A stretch of DNA of 63,937 bases, filler included, from Lama guanicoe (GCA_013239625.1; 152 parts of 152 records of this genome joined end to end with filler, not necessarily neighbours in it); one strand, 5' to 3'. Shown: positions 12,935-25,141, numbered from the whole stretch's first letter. Made by a program: numbers and translations. The notes: a model not told the origin generated them from the sequence alone.

Positions 12935-13142
12935 NNNNNNNNNNNNNNNNNNNNNNNNNNNNNNNNNNNNNNNNNNNNTTAATTAATTAANNNNNNNNNN
13001 NNNNNNNNNNNNNNNNNNNNNNNNNNNNNNNNNNCATAGATTATACTCATAAAGCTGTAAAAAATAATAAAAATGCAACCAAGTTCCTCTTTGCCGCTCC
13101 ATATTAAAAAGGAAATAAAAGGAATGATTTCTACCCTTGGAT

Positions 13143-13282
13143 CAGTGGTTCTCAACTGGGGGTGATCTTGTCCCCCGAGGGACGTCTGGATACTGCTGAC
13201 TGCCCTGCAAGGCGAGAACAGCCCCCATAACAAAGGATGATCTGGCTCCAAACGTCAGTCACACCGAGACGGGGCGCTCCTG
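13143..13282 (+). mobile_element. MER20-like hAT-Charlie element, internally deleted
   Basis: Starts CAGTGGTTCTCAACTGGGGGTGAT; contains ACAGCCCCCATAACAAAGGATGATCTGGCTCCAAA; ends CCTG. Confidence 0.8.
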
Positions 13283-13585
13283 CCCAGATGCGGCTCCGGC
13301 AGGACAGAGCAGGGCGCGCGCTGCCTCCCGTCGCCCCCACAGCTGCTGAGGTCCTNNNNNNNNNNNNNNNNNNNNNNNNNNNNNNNNNNNNNNNNNNNNT
13401 TAATTAATTAANNNNNNNNNNNNNNNNNNNNNNNNNNNNNNNNNNNNNNNNNNNNGTGAAGTTGAGCATTTTAAAATTATTAAATGAACTTAATGTAATT
13501 TTTGTTTGGTCTGTTATTGGTTGTTGACTATATTTTCTTGGCATTTTTTATCTTTTTTTAAAGTTCTTCATATATTAATATAATA

Positions 13586-13776
13586 CAAAATATTATCAAA
13601 GCAAATGCAACAGTATAGAAAAAGGATCATAACCCGTGATCAAGTGGTATTTAGTCCAGGGATGCAAAGATGGTGCAGTATTCTCAAATCAATCAGCATG
13701 ATATACCACATTACCAAAAGGAAGAATAAATATCACATAATAATCTTAATAGATGCAGAAAAAGCACTTGACAAAA
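13586..13776 (+). mobile_element. LINE-1 ORF2 RT fragment
   Basis: QQYRKRII..DQVVFSPGMQRW..HIIILIDAEKALDK. Confidence 0.92.
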
Positions 13777-14939
13777 NNNNNNNNNNNNNNNNNNNNNNNN
13801 NNNNNNNNNNNNNNNNNNNNTTAATTAATTAANNNNNNNNNNNNNNNNNNNNNNNNNNNNNNNNNNNNNNNNNNNNATTAGCTACACTGTAACACTCTGC
13901 ATCTTTACTCTGCTTTCCTTTGAGCGAAGTGGAACATCACAACTGTGTGCAATTACAAGTGTATCACGCCCTTTGTAAGTGAGCAAAATCATCAGAATGT
14001 GCCTCTATCTTAGACAGAACCTTGACATTTTCAGACCTTCAAGAACAAACTTGCAAATACCACTTAGTCTGTATTCTCCACGGGTGTTGCAGTGATTAAA
14101 GGAAGATCTACAGCCAATGAAAACAGAACCACGATGAGAAGTGAGCGCTGGGCCGTCTACTAGGTTTGCTCACTGTTTCCCAGACACGGAGATTTAANNN
14201 NNNNNNNNNNNNNNNNNNNNNNNNNNNNNNNNNNNNNNNNNTTAATTAATTAANNNNNNNNNNNNNNNNNNNNNNNNNNNNNNNNNNNNNNNNNNNNTAA
14301 GTTTAGAAAATTTTGCTTGACATGTGGTGTTGTTTTGTGATGAACTCTTTTCAGAAGTGAAAAATATCTTGTAATAAAAATAATCATCACTAAATATAGG
14401 TGGTAAATTGAGACATACTGGTTTAGTCAAGACCATGTCAGATGGATTTTGACTTGCCATGAATAATACATTTATTAGCCATAGTTCCTGCCACATGTAC
14501 TTAATAAATAAGGCAGGTTCATATTTTTAGTGGAATCACCTTCAGATTTTACCATTTAATAAATGAAGATAATTTAATTGTTTAATGGCAAATGGCAAAT
14601 AGTGACATGTAGTTTTTTNNNNNNNNNNNNNNNNNNNNNNNNNNNNNNNNNNNNNNNNNNNNTTAATTAATTAANNNNNNNNNNNNNNNNNNNNNNNNNN
14701 NNNNNNNNNNNNNNNNNNCCAAAAAGTTATTCCTTTCACAAGCATGAAGCCTTAATTGTGAAGAAAATAATGATGAAAGATAGTAGAGGAGGAAATAAAA
14801 TGTTTTATCTACAAACTGATGGCTTAAAAACTAAAAAAACACCTTTTTAAGACTTTTGTCACCATATTCATATCTAATACTTAGGTAGAGTTTTTCATAT
14901 GCCTGTGGTTAGTGTTCTAATTGTTTTCACAATTAGTAA

Positions 14940-15039
14940 ATCATTGACTCATTATAATAGTTCTATAAATTACTATTATTATCCCCCCACTATATGGGTG
15001 AGGAGATTGAAGCCCCTAGAGGTTAAGAAATTTGCACAA
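14940..15039 (-). mobile_element. MIR fragment
   Basis: TATTATTATCCCC..GAGGAGATTGAAGC..AGAGGTTAAG core. Confidence 0.7.
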
Positions 15040-15139
15040 NNNNNNNNNNNNNNNNNNNNNNNNNNNNNNNNNNNNNNNNNNNNTTAATTAATTAANNNNN
15101 NNNNNNNNNNNNNNNNNNNNNNNNNNNNNNNNNNNNNNN

Positions 15140-15460
15140 TGTATGGATGTATCATATTTTATTTATCCATTCATCAGTTTTAAGGGGGTTGGTTTGTTTA
15201 CTTTGGGACTACTGTGAATAACCCTGCCATAAACGTTCATGCACAAATTTTTGAGTGGAGATGTGTTTTCAGTTCTCTTGGGCATATACCTGGGAATGGA
15301 ATTGTTGGTGTGGTAGATTAATATTTTGACCAGTTGCCAGTCTTCCAAAATACCTGCACCAATGAATGATAGTTCTAATTTCTCCACATCCATCTCACTA
15401 TTTTCTTTATTTTTTATTTCAGTCATCCTAGTGGGTGTGAAGTGGCATCTCGTGGTTTTG
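15140..15460 (-). mobile_element. Old LINE-1 ORF2 C-terminal fragment
   Basis: TTTATCCATTCATCAGT..GGGCATATACCTGGGAATGGAATTG..CATCCTAGTGGGTGTGAAGTGGCATCTC. Confidence 0.85.
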
Positions 15461-15981
15461 NNNNNNNNNNNNNNNNNNNNNNNNNNNNNNNNNNNNNNNN
15501 NNNNTTAATTAATTAANNNNNNNNNNNNNNNNNNNNNNNNNNNNNNNNNNNNNNNNNNNNCTGCCGACTCATGGCCTCATCACCCGCGCCCAGCCACGGG
15601 GAGCAGGGTCGGGGGAGCATGGCCCCCCCCAACCCCCGCTGTGTCGGCGAGGAAAGAGGAAACCGAGGCCCAGGGGTGCAAGGGGACCTCCCCAAGATCA
15701 CAGACCGGGGGCCGCACTCCTGACCTCCGCCACCACCCTCAGTGCCCACGTGCCCACCACACCACACACCACACACCACACACCATGGCCCCGCCCCCAG
15801 CCACAGTCCCTTAAATAGTTCCCTGACATCTGAGTTTGTAACCCCAAGGCAGGATCCCAGTAGGAAAGAGAGAGCACATCCNNNNNNNNNNNNNNNNNNN
15901 NNNNNNNNNNNNNNNNNNNNNNNNNTTAATTAATTAANNNNNNNNNNNNNNNNNNNNNNNNNNNNNNNNNNNNNNNNNNNN

Positions 15982-16220
15982 GTCTCTGCCTGGCTTAGCA
16001 AACATTTGTTTACCAAACATTTGCTTTTCCAACTTCATGTGAATTACCTTCTTTCTTTTTGAAATCCCAAACCGCAACCCCCCAAACCCTCTTCTGTCTT
16101 TAGCTAAAGATGATATTTAAGGCGTTCAACTGGAGGGCTTCGGCCACTGTAGTGAGCTACGTAGCTTTCCTGAGTCTTTCCCATGCATGTTTTCTATTAA
16201 ACTCTTGTTTGATTTTGCTT
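15982..16220 (+). mobile_element. Probable ERV LTR fragment
   Basis: TATTTAAGG TATA-like element followed ~80 nt later by ATTAAA and a GT-rich tract. Confidence 0.45.
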
Positions 16221-18729
16221 TAGTAATTGTAGCATTTCCACATTAGAAGAGGCTTTTAATCTAGTCCAAATTATTAGGAAGTCTTTTGGATCTCTCCTAA
16301 AGNNNNNNNNNNNNNNNNNNNNNNNNNNNNNNNNNNNNNNNNNNNNTTAATTAATTAANNNNNNNNNNNNNNNNNNNNNNNNNNNNNNNNNNNNNNNNNN
16401 NNGTGGGTGGGGGCACCCTGCTGATGCGGGACCACAGTGTTGTGTCCAGTGAGACCGATCATGTGACACCGTGGTCCCCATTATGTGCCTGAGCTTTTTG
16501 CTGTCCCTTGTGCCACCCCATCCATCTGCACATGCCTCCCCTCCTGTGTCTCACCTACCGGATCCTCATCCGTCCTTCAAGGCACGGAGGCCTTTCCTTG
16601 CCAGCTCGAGGTACATGCCAGGCTCCACTCTTTCACTTTTTAACTTGTCAGTCTCACCCATTTGATGCTGAGAATATACGGCTTTGAGTTTTCTTTACAT
16701 AAGTAGGTCTCCAACTAAACTTTNNNNNNNNNNNNNNNNNNNNNNNNNNNNNNNNNNNNNNNNNNNNTTAATTAATTAANNNNNNNNNNNNNNNNNNNNN
16801 NNNNNNNNNNNNNNNNNNNNNNNTATGTTGGCTCAGGTTCCCCCCAAAGCAGAGGCTTGCTGGTAGGGAGTGTTGTTCTGCGAAATAAACAAGAGTGGAA
16901 ACTGGAAACAATGAAACAGGAAGGGAGCAAAGTGTGACTGAGCTGATTTACCACTGTGGGCAGCAAGGGTTCAGCTCCCCTGGGGACCCTCTAAGAAACC
17001 GTGTAGGAGGCCCCTTCGAATCGCCCACTCGAGATGTGGAAGTGGGCAAGGTCCAACGCCTCAGGTAAGGCTTGTCCTTGGGGATGTCAGCTCCCTCCAC
17101 GTCCACGTCTGTGTAAGACTCAGAACGGCTGAGTGGCTCCTGCGNNNNNNNNNNNNNNNNNNNNNNNNNNNNNNNNNNNNNNNNNNNNTTAATTAATTAA
17201 NNNNNNNNNNNNNNNNNNNNNNNNNNNNNNNNNNNNNNNNNNNNGGGGGAACTCAGGAGACTGAAAAGAAACCACCATTGTATGCCCTCTATCATTAAAC
17301 CTTGCGCTAAGGAGCTGAAATAGACACTATTCCATCTCCCCTCTTCCTCCCTAGAGCTTTGGACAAGGGTTCAGGTCAGCAGTCGGTATCGACCTGTGTT
17401 GATCGTGAGTCCCGAAACCAAGTCAGCCAGGGCACACACTCCCCCCATTCCCAGCCTGTTGGACTCCCTCCCTGGCCACCCTCCTGACGTCTGTTGAGCA
17501 GAGTGGGACAGCAGGATGAGGAGTGGGTTCTGGGAGACGGCACTCCCTACAAGGATGGAGGAGACNNNNNNNNNNNNNNNNNNNNNNNNNNNNNNNNNNN
17601 NNNNNNNNNTTAATTAATTAANNNNNNNNNNNNNNNNNNNNNNNNNNNNNNNNNNNNNNNNNNNNGATGGCAGAGCTTTAATTAAGCTTTGATTTTTGCC
17701 ATTCTGTGAAGAACTTCCTTGTTCTTCACAGTCATATGGTCCTGGTGATCCTTTTAGAGGCATCCCTACTCATCATTTTCATCAAGTGAGGTCTTTCCCA
17801 AGGGAGTCACCATCAGGTTGAGAGGGAGAAGCTCAGTGCTGAGAAAGCAAGGAAGGCAGGCAGACTGGAGAACTGGGTGAAGGAGCCCGCTCTGGGCAGA
17901 GTTCCTGAACCGTAGACCCACAGGAAACAGACAACAATGTGAGAGTTGTATTGGAAAGATCCGGCCAAGGAAATCAGCATAGAACCNNNNNNNNNNNNNN
18001 NNNNNNNNNNNNNNNNNNNNNNNNNNNNNNTTAATTAATTAANNNNNNNNNNNNNNNNNNNNNNNNNNNNNNNNNNNNNNNNNNNNAAAAAATCCCGCAA
18101 TGCAAAGGGCACCTCTGAAGCTTAAGTCTAGCAGTAGTCATTTATCCTATTTCCACAGCTGTCCAATTTCCACTGTTTTATTCAGTCCTGGGGATCTTAA
18201 GTGAGCAAACCACTAAATACACCAATTCCTTAAACATGTGTGCTTTGTCTAACACCACAAAAGTTAGCTCAGGACAAAGTGAGACATGTAAGAAATTCTC
18301 TAATTAATGCTGGAAATGTATCCGTGTTTTTTTAAGCCTGTATGCACAGCCCCTGTGATTCCGCAGCGTCATTAGAGCCCTCGGAAGGGTCCTGGCACGT
18401 TGAGCCTNNNNNNNNNNNNNNNNNNNNNNNNNNNNNNNNNNNNNNNNNNNNTTAATTAATTAANNNNNNNNNNNNNNNNNNNNNNNNNNNNNNNNNNNNN
18501 NNNNNNNTTTTTTTTAATGTACATTCTTAGGTTTCTACATGAAAAGACAACCAAACTGTTGCTGGGCTAAACACTATTTGGTTAGAGTAAGCTTGCAAAT
18601 ACCATAATTTCCCTCTAAAATTAGTAAGCAAATGACTTATGATATCTTTACAAATGCTTTTGAAAATAAATAATAAATGAATAGTATCAGCTTTCCCATA
18701 ATAAATAATAGCTTTAAGATGACTGCACC

Positions 18730-18828
18730 TAATGGGGAGTTACTGTTTAATGGGGACAGAATTTCAGTTTGGGAAGATGAAAAAGTTCTGCAGATGGATG
18801 GTGGTGATGGTTGCACAACAGTGTGAAT
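18730..18828 (+). mobile_element. L1M 3' UTR fragment
   Basis: GGGGAGTTACTGTTTAATGGG..TTTCAGTTTGGGAAGATGAAAAAGTTCTG..GATGGTTGCACAACA. Confidence 0.85.
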
Positions 18829-19350
18829 NNNNNNNNNNNNNNNNNNNNNNNNNNNNNNNNNNNNNNNNNNNNTTAATTAATTAANNNNNNNNNNNNNNNN
18901 NNNNNNNNNNNNNNNNNNNNNNNNNNNNGTTTCTGTACCCAAGGGATGAGGAAGTGAGTCCCTTCCCCTACGACAATGTCCTGCACTCCACTAGGTCAGA
19001 GATGACAGCTCTGTGTCCAGCATCCACTAGGAACAAAGGATAATGATGGGTCAGAAGAATCCCCTCACTCTTTAACTAAAATGACCGTGTCTTTAGAAGA
19101 TCCCTGATGCTTTCCGTTTACTTATTAAGTCTCCCCTCTCCTGCTGTCTTCTCACACTTCTGGTCTCTAGAGGCTTCTAAACAGGTATAGAACTAAGCCA
19201 CCACTTGCCATCCCATGTGTCTTCCCAAGGACTCTGGTCACAGGATCTTNNNNNNNNNNNNNNNNNNNNNNNNNNNNNNNNNNNNNNNNNNNNTTAATTA
19301 ATTAANNNNNNNNNNNNNNNNNNNNNNNNNNNNNNNNNNNNNNNNNNNNA

Positions 19351-19668
19351 GCCAGACCCATGTTGCTGAAAGCCAGAAGACTGACCTGATCCTGTACTGT
19401 GTTGGCCATAACTAGAAGACAGACCTGAGCCTGACACAGGTTGACCATAGCTGGAAGACTGTCCTGAGCTAGGTTCATGCTGACCACAACTGGAAGACTC
19501 ACCTGAGCCAGACCTGTGTTGGCCATAGCCAGACTGACCTGATCTAGACCTTTGTTGTCCAAAGCCAGAGGACTGACCTAAAGGAGAACCATGTTTTCCA
19601 TGCCTAGAAGATTGACCATATCCAGATTGGTGTTGTCCATAGCTTGATGACTGACCTAAGCCAGACCC
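19351..19668 (-). CDS. FLG2: Internal repeat region of an S100 fused-type protein, most like filaggrin-2 A-type repeats (hornerin is the alternative)
   Basis: 106 codons with no stop, in a frame the ORF track did not report: GSGLGQSSSYGQHQSGYGQSSRHGKHGSPLGQSSGFGQQRSRSGQSGYGQHRSGSGESSSCGQHEPSSGQSSSYGQPVSGSGLSSSYGQHSTGSGQSSGFQQHGSG. Confidence 0.75.
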
Positions 19669-20659
19669 ATNNNNNNNNNNNNNNNNNNNNNNNNNNNNNN
19701 NNNNNNNNNNNNNNTTAATTAATTAANNNNNNNNNNNNNNNNNNNNNNNNNNNNNNNNNNNNNNNNNNNNGGAGTCACATTGTCACACAAAACATCACAT
19801 CCAGGTAGTGCTCTCAAGATAGTCCATGTGACACCTTCCTAGTCTCCTCTGTGGGCCTTCCATGCAGACTTGATTCAATTCAGTGACCTGGGTCTATGCC
19901 ATTAAAAACATCCAGTGCTTAGGAGGCAGGTGTGACCCTAGATCTGGTATCTACCCCAGGAGAAGCTCCTCACTGCAGACAGTACATCATAGGCCTTGAT
20001 TGTCCCCACACAACCTCTTCTGATTCCTCCATCTCTTCTCCCTTTGGGGTGGGGGTGGGAGTCCAGAGCTCAGGCCTTTTTCTCAGCATGGNNNNNNNNN
20101 NNNNNNNNNNNNNNNNNNNNNNNNNNNNNNNNNNNTTAATTAATTAANNNNNNNNNNNNNNNNNNNNNNNNNNNNNNNNNNNNNNNNNNNNCAAAGGCAT
20201 TTCCCTTGTCCCCCAGCTCATCATGCCCCTCAAAAAAAAAAAAGATTGTGATCTTTGCTGTGAAATGAATCTTTTTTATTCCCTACTGTGCAGTAGACAA
20301 CCCTTGCCCTGAGCTCACACTCAGATATTTCCAGAGGAGTAAAAGTAGCTCATGTGCAAATAATACTATTTTTATTTGTGAAAAGAAATAGATCAGATAG
20401 AGGATATACTTAATTCAGATTACTCAAAAGCATTTCCTGAAGGAAATAGGTTAATTATTTAATCACTAAATTTTGTTGAATCTGGTTATCAGTGAGCTAA
20501 TTTACCAATCAANNNNNNNNNNNNNNNNNNNNNNNNNNNNNNNNNNNNNNNNNNNNTTAATTAATTAANNNNNNNNNNNNNNNNNNNNNNNNNNNNNNNN
20601 NNNNNNNNNNNNCCTACACCGCCCTGAACTCGCTCACCTGCATTTTCTTTTTCTCTTAG

Positions 20660-20915
20660 CTTTCTCAAGCAGGGCCGGCCCCGGTGCCCGCGCCCCTCAG
20701 CTGTCTTCCGCGCATGCGCGTAGCCGCCGCCCCACCTCTTCCCCACCTGCCTTGACCCCGCCCCCAAGAAGCGAGCTGGGCGGAGCCAGGGGCGGTGCGT
20801 TCTCCTCTGAGTCTGCGCCCGCTTCTCTGGAAACCGGCGCCGAAGCTGTGCGCGTGCGCGAAGTGGGGCACGCCCACGCTGCGATCGTGTGCCGCTCAGC
20901 CAAGCCCCGGCGCTA
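20660..20915. promoter_or_regulatory. CpG-island promoter fragment
   Basis: CpG-dense; NRF1 site GCGCATGCGC (20710-20719) abuts ETS-type CTTCCG; second NRF1-like GCGCGTGCGC (20850-20859); GC boxes CCCCGCCCCC and GGGCGG. Confidence 0.75.
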
Positions 20916-21305
20916 CCTTATTAGGGTAGGTGTNNNNNNNNNNNNNNNNNNNNNNNNNNNNNNNNNNNNNNNNNNNNTTAATTAATTAANNNNNNNNNNN
21001 NNNNNNNNNNNNNNNNNNNNNNNNNNNNNNNNNGTACATCATTGCTAGGAGAGCTAATTAGGTCTGTATAAGCCTTGGACTTCACCCATGCAATTTTTTT
21101 TTCTTTGCTTATTTTAATCTGTATCCTTTCACTGTTATCAGTCATATCATGGTTATTAAAGCTTTTCTGAGTCCTATCATGCTAGAAAATCAATGTCAGA
21201 GGGGAGTCTTAAGGACCTATTACACACTTACCTTTTAGTTTGCCTTGTAATTTTTCTTTCTCTTAAAAGTTATTTTTCAATTACAGTTTTAGCACATTAA
21301 AAAGG

Positions 21306-21307
<2 letters not shown>

Positions 21308-21346
<39 letters not shown>
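21308..21346. repeat. (TTA)n microsatellite
   Basis: Direct reading. Confidence 0.95.
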
Positions 21347-21347
<1 letters not shown>

Positions 21348-21873
21348 TACTANNNNNNNNNNNNNNNNNNNNNNNNNNNNNNNNNNNNNNNNNNNNTTAA
21401 TTAATTAANNNNNNNNNNNNNNNNNNNNNNNNNNNNNNNNNNNNNNNNNNNNAAAAAACCTTTAAGATAATTATTCAAGAACTGGTTTTATCCTAATGGA
21501 TATGCTTATATGTATATATTGGGAGTTTATGTACTGCTTTGAAAAGGCAGAATAATGCTAAGAATGAATCATTATCTTGAAGAAGCTCAAAGTTCTGTGC
21601 TAAGTTGTGCCAGGGAAGCCCTATATCCCAAGTGACAGATTTCATTAGTGGTACATCCGTTTTTGCTATCTTTGTAGAACACTGTTAAGTGCCATGCTAA
21701 TAGACAAAAGTAGAAAATCTAAACATATGTTGTGAAATCAGCTGGAAGCTATATAAGCAACAATTTTTTTTTTNNNNNNNNNNNNNNNNNNNNNNNNNNN
21801 NNNNNNNNNNNNNNNNNTTAATTAATTAANNNNNNNNNNNNNNNNNNNNNNNNNNNNNNNNNNNNNNNNNNNN

Positions 21874-22012
21874 ATACTATAATCTCCAAGTCCATCCATG
21901 TCACTGCAAATGGCATTGTTTCGTTCTTTTTTATGGCTGAGTAATATTCCACTGTATATATGTGTGTATGTATATATATATTGATCACATCTTTATCCAG
22001 TCATCTGTTGAT
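21874..22012 (-). mobile_element. LINE-1 3' region fragment
   Basis: GTCCATCCATGTCACTGCAAATGGCATT..TTTATGGCTGAGTAATATTCCA..TTTATCCAGTCATCTGTTGATG. Confidence 0.88.
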
Positions 22013-22316
22013 GCTGCCTACTGTTCTATCCTCTAAAACCTTTGATTGTAGAAGAACTCAGATCTGCCCGTCCTCTGCCCTGCAGAAGTTTCAGAGCTGA
22101 ATTGAGCCTCATAAATGGTTCTTACACATGCCTCCACACCCCCACACACAGCCACACACACGTGTGCATGTCCATCAATTCTGGATATTTCACANNNNNN
22201 NNNNNNNNNNNNNNNNNNNNNNNNNNNNNNNNNNNNNNTTAATTAATTAANNNNNNNNNNNNNNNNNNNNNNNNNNNNNNNNNNNNNNNNNNNNAAACAA
22301 CCCCAAAACAATTAAG

Positions 22317-22615
22317 ATGGCAATAAGAACAAACATATCAGTATTTACCATAAATGTAAACAGACTAAATGCTCCAATCAAAAGACATAGTGTGGCTGAA
22401 TGGTGACAAAAACCAGACCTGTATGTATGTTGCCTACAAGGGACTCACTTCAGATATAAAGACACACAGCTGGAATTGAGGGGATGGAAAAAGGTTTTCC
22501 ATGTAAAGGGAAATCAAAAGAAAGTCAGGTCAGTGATACTTACATCAGACAAAATAGGCTTTAAAGTTAAGAATGTTTTAAGAGACAAAGGAGGATGTTA
22601 TATAATGATCAAGGG
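22317..22615 (+). mobile_element. LINE-1 ORF2 N-terminus (endonuclease), disrupted
   Basis: MAIRTNISVFTINVNRLNAPIKRHSVAEW*..CCLQGTHF, then frameshifted GWKKVFH..ILTSDKIGFK..YIMIKG. Confidence 0.92.
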
Positions 22616-22715
22616 NNNNNNNNNNNNNNNNNNNNNNNNNNNNNNNNNNNNNNNNNNNNTTAATTAATTAANNNNNNNNNNNNNNNNNNNNNNNNNNNNN
22701 NNNNNNNNNNNNNNN

Positions 22716-23036
22716 AAAAAAAAACCTCAAACCAATATGGGACAAGATTTATATGACAATTTAATATTGCTAAATCCATCTAATTGGTTTCACGGCCTTG
22801 ACCTCTGCACTTGGGTAATTGGAGCGCTCTGTGTCCTCATCTTTATTGTTTTTCTCATAATCTGCAAAATGATCTGTTCCCTGCAAGCTGCGTCCAAGCA
22901 ACAACATCTGATGATGACTCTGCTTCAGTCAAAACCTTTGGACTCCATTTCAAACAAAAAAGGGGGATTATGGGAGCACAAACCTGGGTTAACAAACTTT
23001 GATATTGTATTGCTTTTACCAAATCATATTCTCACC
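22716..23036 (+). mobile_element. Class II (betaretrovirus-like) ERV: env TM C-terminus, polypurine tract and start of 3' LTR
   Basis: Open frame ..LNPSNW..hydrophobic span WVIGALCVLIFIVFLIIC..LMMTLL..NKKGG; PPT AAAAAAGGGGGA (22956-22967) followed by TG at 22971. Confidence 0.75.
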
Positions 23037-23136
23037 NNNNNNNNNNNNNNNNNNNNNNNNNNNNNNNNNNNNNNNNNNNNTTAATTAATTAANNNNNNNN
23101 NNNNNNNNNNNNNNNNNNNNNNNNNNNNNNNNNNNN

Positions 23137-23457
23137 AAAAACAAGTAAGGACATTGAGGACTTAAACCAGATCATGGGCGAACTTGATCTACTTGTCATA
23201 TATTGAGTATCACATCCTAAAAGAAGAGAATAGACTTTCTTTTTCAAGTGCACCTGGCACATTCACAAAAATAGACTTCATTATGGCCCTAATCAAGTCT
23301 CCGGCAGTTTAAAGGACCTAAATTACAGAGTATATTCTCTGACCACAGTTACATTAAGTCAGAAATGCATATCTGCAAAATCCACAAATATTTAGAAATT
23401 TAACCAACCCACTTCAAATCCGTGGATTATCATGGCTTAAAGAGAAAATCAGATAAA
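23137..23457 (+). mobile_element. Old LINE-1 ORF2 endonuclease fragment
   Basis: TTCTTTTCAAGTGCACCTGGCACATTCACAAAAATAGAC..TATATTCTCTGACCACAG (FFSSA..TFTKID, FSDH motifs). Confidence 0.85.
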
Positions 23458-23557
23458 NNNNNNNNNNNNNNNNNNNNNNNNNNNNNNNNNNNNNNNNNNN
23501 NTTAATTAATTAANNNNNNNNNNNNNNNNNNNNNNNNNNNNNNNNNNNNNNNNNNNN

Positions 23558-23770
23558 CTCCCACACTGTGGGATTTTTCCCATGCTATTTTCCTTTTACT
23601 TTTTCCTACCAGATTTGTGGTGAATTCTGTCTTTTGAAGAAGGTGATGTTCTGTTAATGTTCAGTAGGTGTTCTGAGTGAATGGGTAGGTCCAGGGGTGT
23701 CCCTCTTGGTGTATTTGTGGGAAAGGGTGAGCTCCTAGTGTCTTTCTACTCCACCATCTTGGCTGCTCCT
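23558..23770 (-). mobile_element. LINE-1 5' end (5' UTR start)
   Basis: Minus strand reads TT|AAGAAAGAGGAGTC then AGGAGCAGCCAAGATGGTGGAGTAG..GAGCTCACC; YY1-type CAAGATGG. Confidence 0.6.
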
Positions 23771-24820
23771 GACTCCTCTTTCTTAAATTTGATACTGAAA
23801 TTACTAATAATTGCCCAGAATTCTCAATGTTTCCATGATTTATTCAGACAGATATTGTATACCTGTCTGAAAATTAACNNNNNNNNNNNNNNNNNNNNNN
23901 NNNNNNNNNNNNNNNNNNNNNNTTAATTAATTAANNNNNNNNNNNNNNNNNNNNNNNNNNNNNNNNNNNNNNNNNNNNGTTCATTCATTCAAGTCACCTC
24001 TTTGCTGATGGTGGCCTTTAGAAAATTTCACAGACAGCGTTTTGTTTGCACACAGGATCCGTGTTATGAAAGAAAAACCAACAACAGCCACAGAACCCCG
24101 GGGAGTGTGCACAGGGTGTCATATAACAGATGGATCTTACCCGGTCTCTTAGTTTCAACCCCCGATAATTCCTCCGAGCCAGGTTGGAGGCATAAACAAT
24201 GGTCACAGCCGGCAGGTGAAACAGATCTCCCCACCGTGCCGGACGCACCGAAGTAATTTCAAGCTCCATTAAATTATGATTCATCTTTGCTTAGTGATGN
24301 NNNNNNNNNNNNNNNNNNNNNNNNNNNNNNNNNNNNNNNNNNNTTAATTAATTAANNNNNNNNNNNNNNNNNNNNNNNNNNNNNNNNNNNNNNNNNNNNA
24401 GAGCAGCTCCCGTGTTCCTGAGACGGCAGTGCCCAGAGCGCACAGCCTGCCTGTCCTCACAGAGGTGCCATGCAGTGGGGAGGGGCAAGGAGAGAGACAG
24501 AGAAGTGTGACAGGCGTCCCTGAAGAGGTGGAGACGTGGTCACACCATTGAGCAAGGGCTGTCCCTTCAGAAGGTTTATAGCAGCCCCTCCTCTGTGTCC
24601 AAGCCCACCTCTGCCCAGACTGCCAGCCGAGATGGGACATGGAGCAGAGCTGACCTCTGGGTGGGCAGGAGCCAAAAGCAAAGAGGCCCAGGTCCTGCAG
24701 GGCTACCCTGGGAACCCAACNNNNNNNNNNNNNNNNNNNNNNNNNNNNNNNNNNNNNNNNNNNNTTAATTAATTAANNNNNNNNNNNNNNNNNNNNNNNN
24801 NNNNNNNNNNNNNNNNNNNN

Positions 24821-25141
24821 TATTCTATATAAATTCTATGATAATTCTGTTTCAATCATTTTACAAGGATGTTCATTATAGCCTTGTTTATAAATGTAAA
24901 AATTTGGAAACAATTAAAATTTCCGTCAATGTGGAAGTGACTAAATAACTTTGGCACATCCAAACTATAAAATGCAATACACCAATACAAATAAATGGGA
25001 AATATTTATGTGAACTCACTTGGAAAGATGTATTTGATATATTGCTAAGTGAATAAAGCAAGCTGCCGAACAGTAGTGTATTATCCCATTTAGGTTAAAA
25101 AGTATATATCATACATGCTCTAAAACTATATTTTTATGTGC
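24821..25141 (+). mobile_element. Ancient LINE-1 (L1M) 3' fragment
   Basis: ACAAGGATGTTCATTATAGC..TGGAAACAATTAAAAT..TGGAAAGATGT..ATATTGCTAAGTGAA. Confidence 0.7.

Noticed and set aside
19302..19562. 86-aa ORF MDNKGLDQVSL...
   Set aside because: Alternative frame of the FLG2-like repeat; the G/S/Q/H frame is the recognisable one.
9668..23036. Apparent defence/retrovirus/skin-barrier cluster (TRIM5-like, FLG2-like, ERV env)
   Set aside because: The pieces are on independent contigs; their adjacency comes from length sorting.
24140..24284. Minus-strand ORF followed by a CGG|GTAAGA donor-like site
   Set aside because: No recognisable peptide and no supporting acceptor or promoter; compatible with chance.
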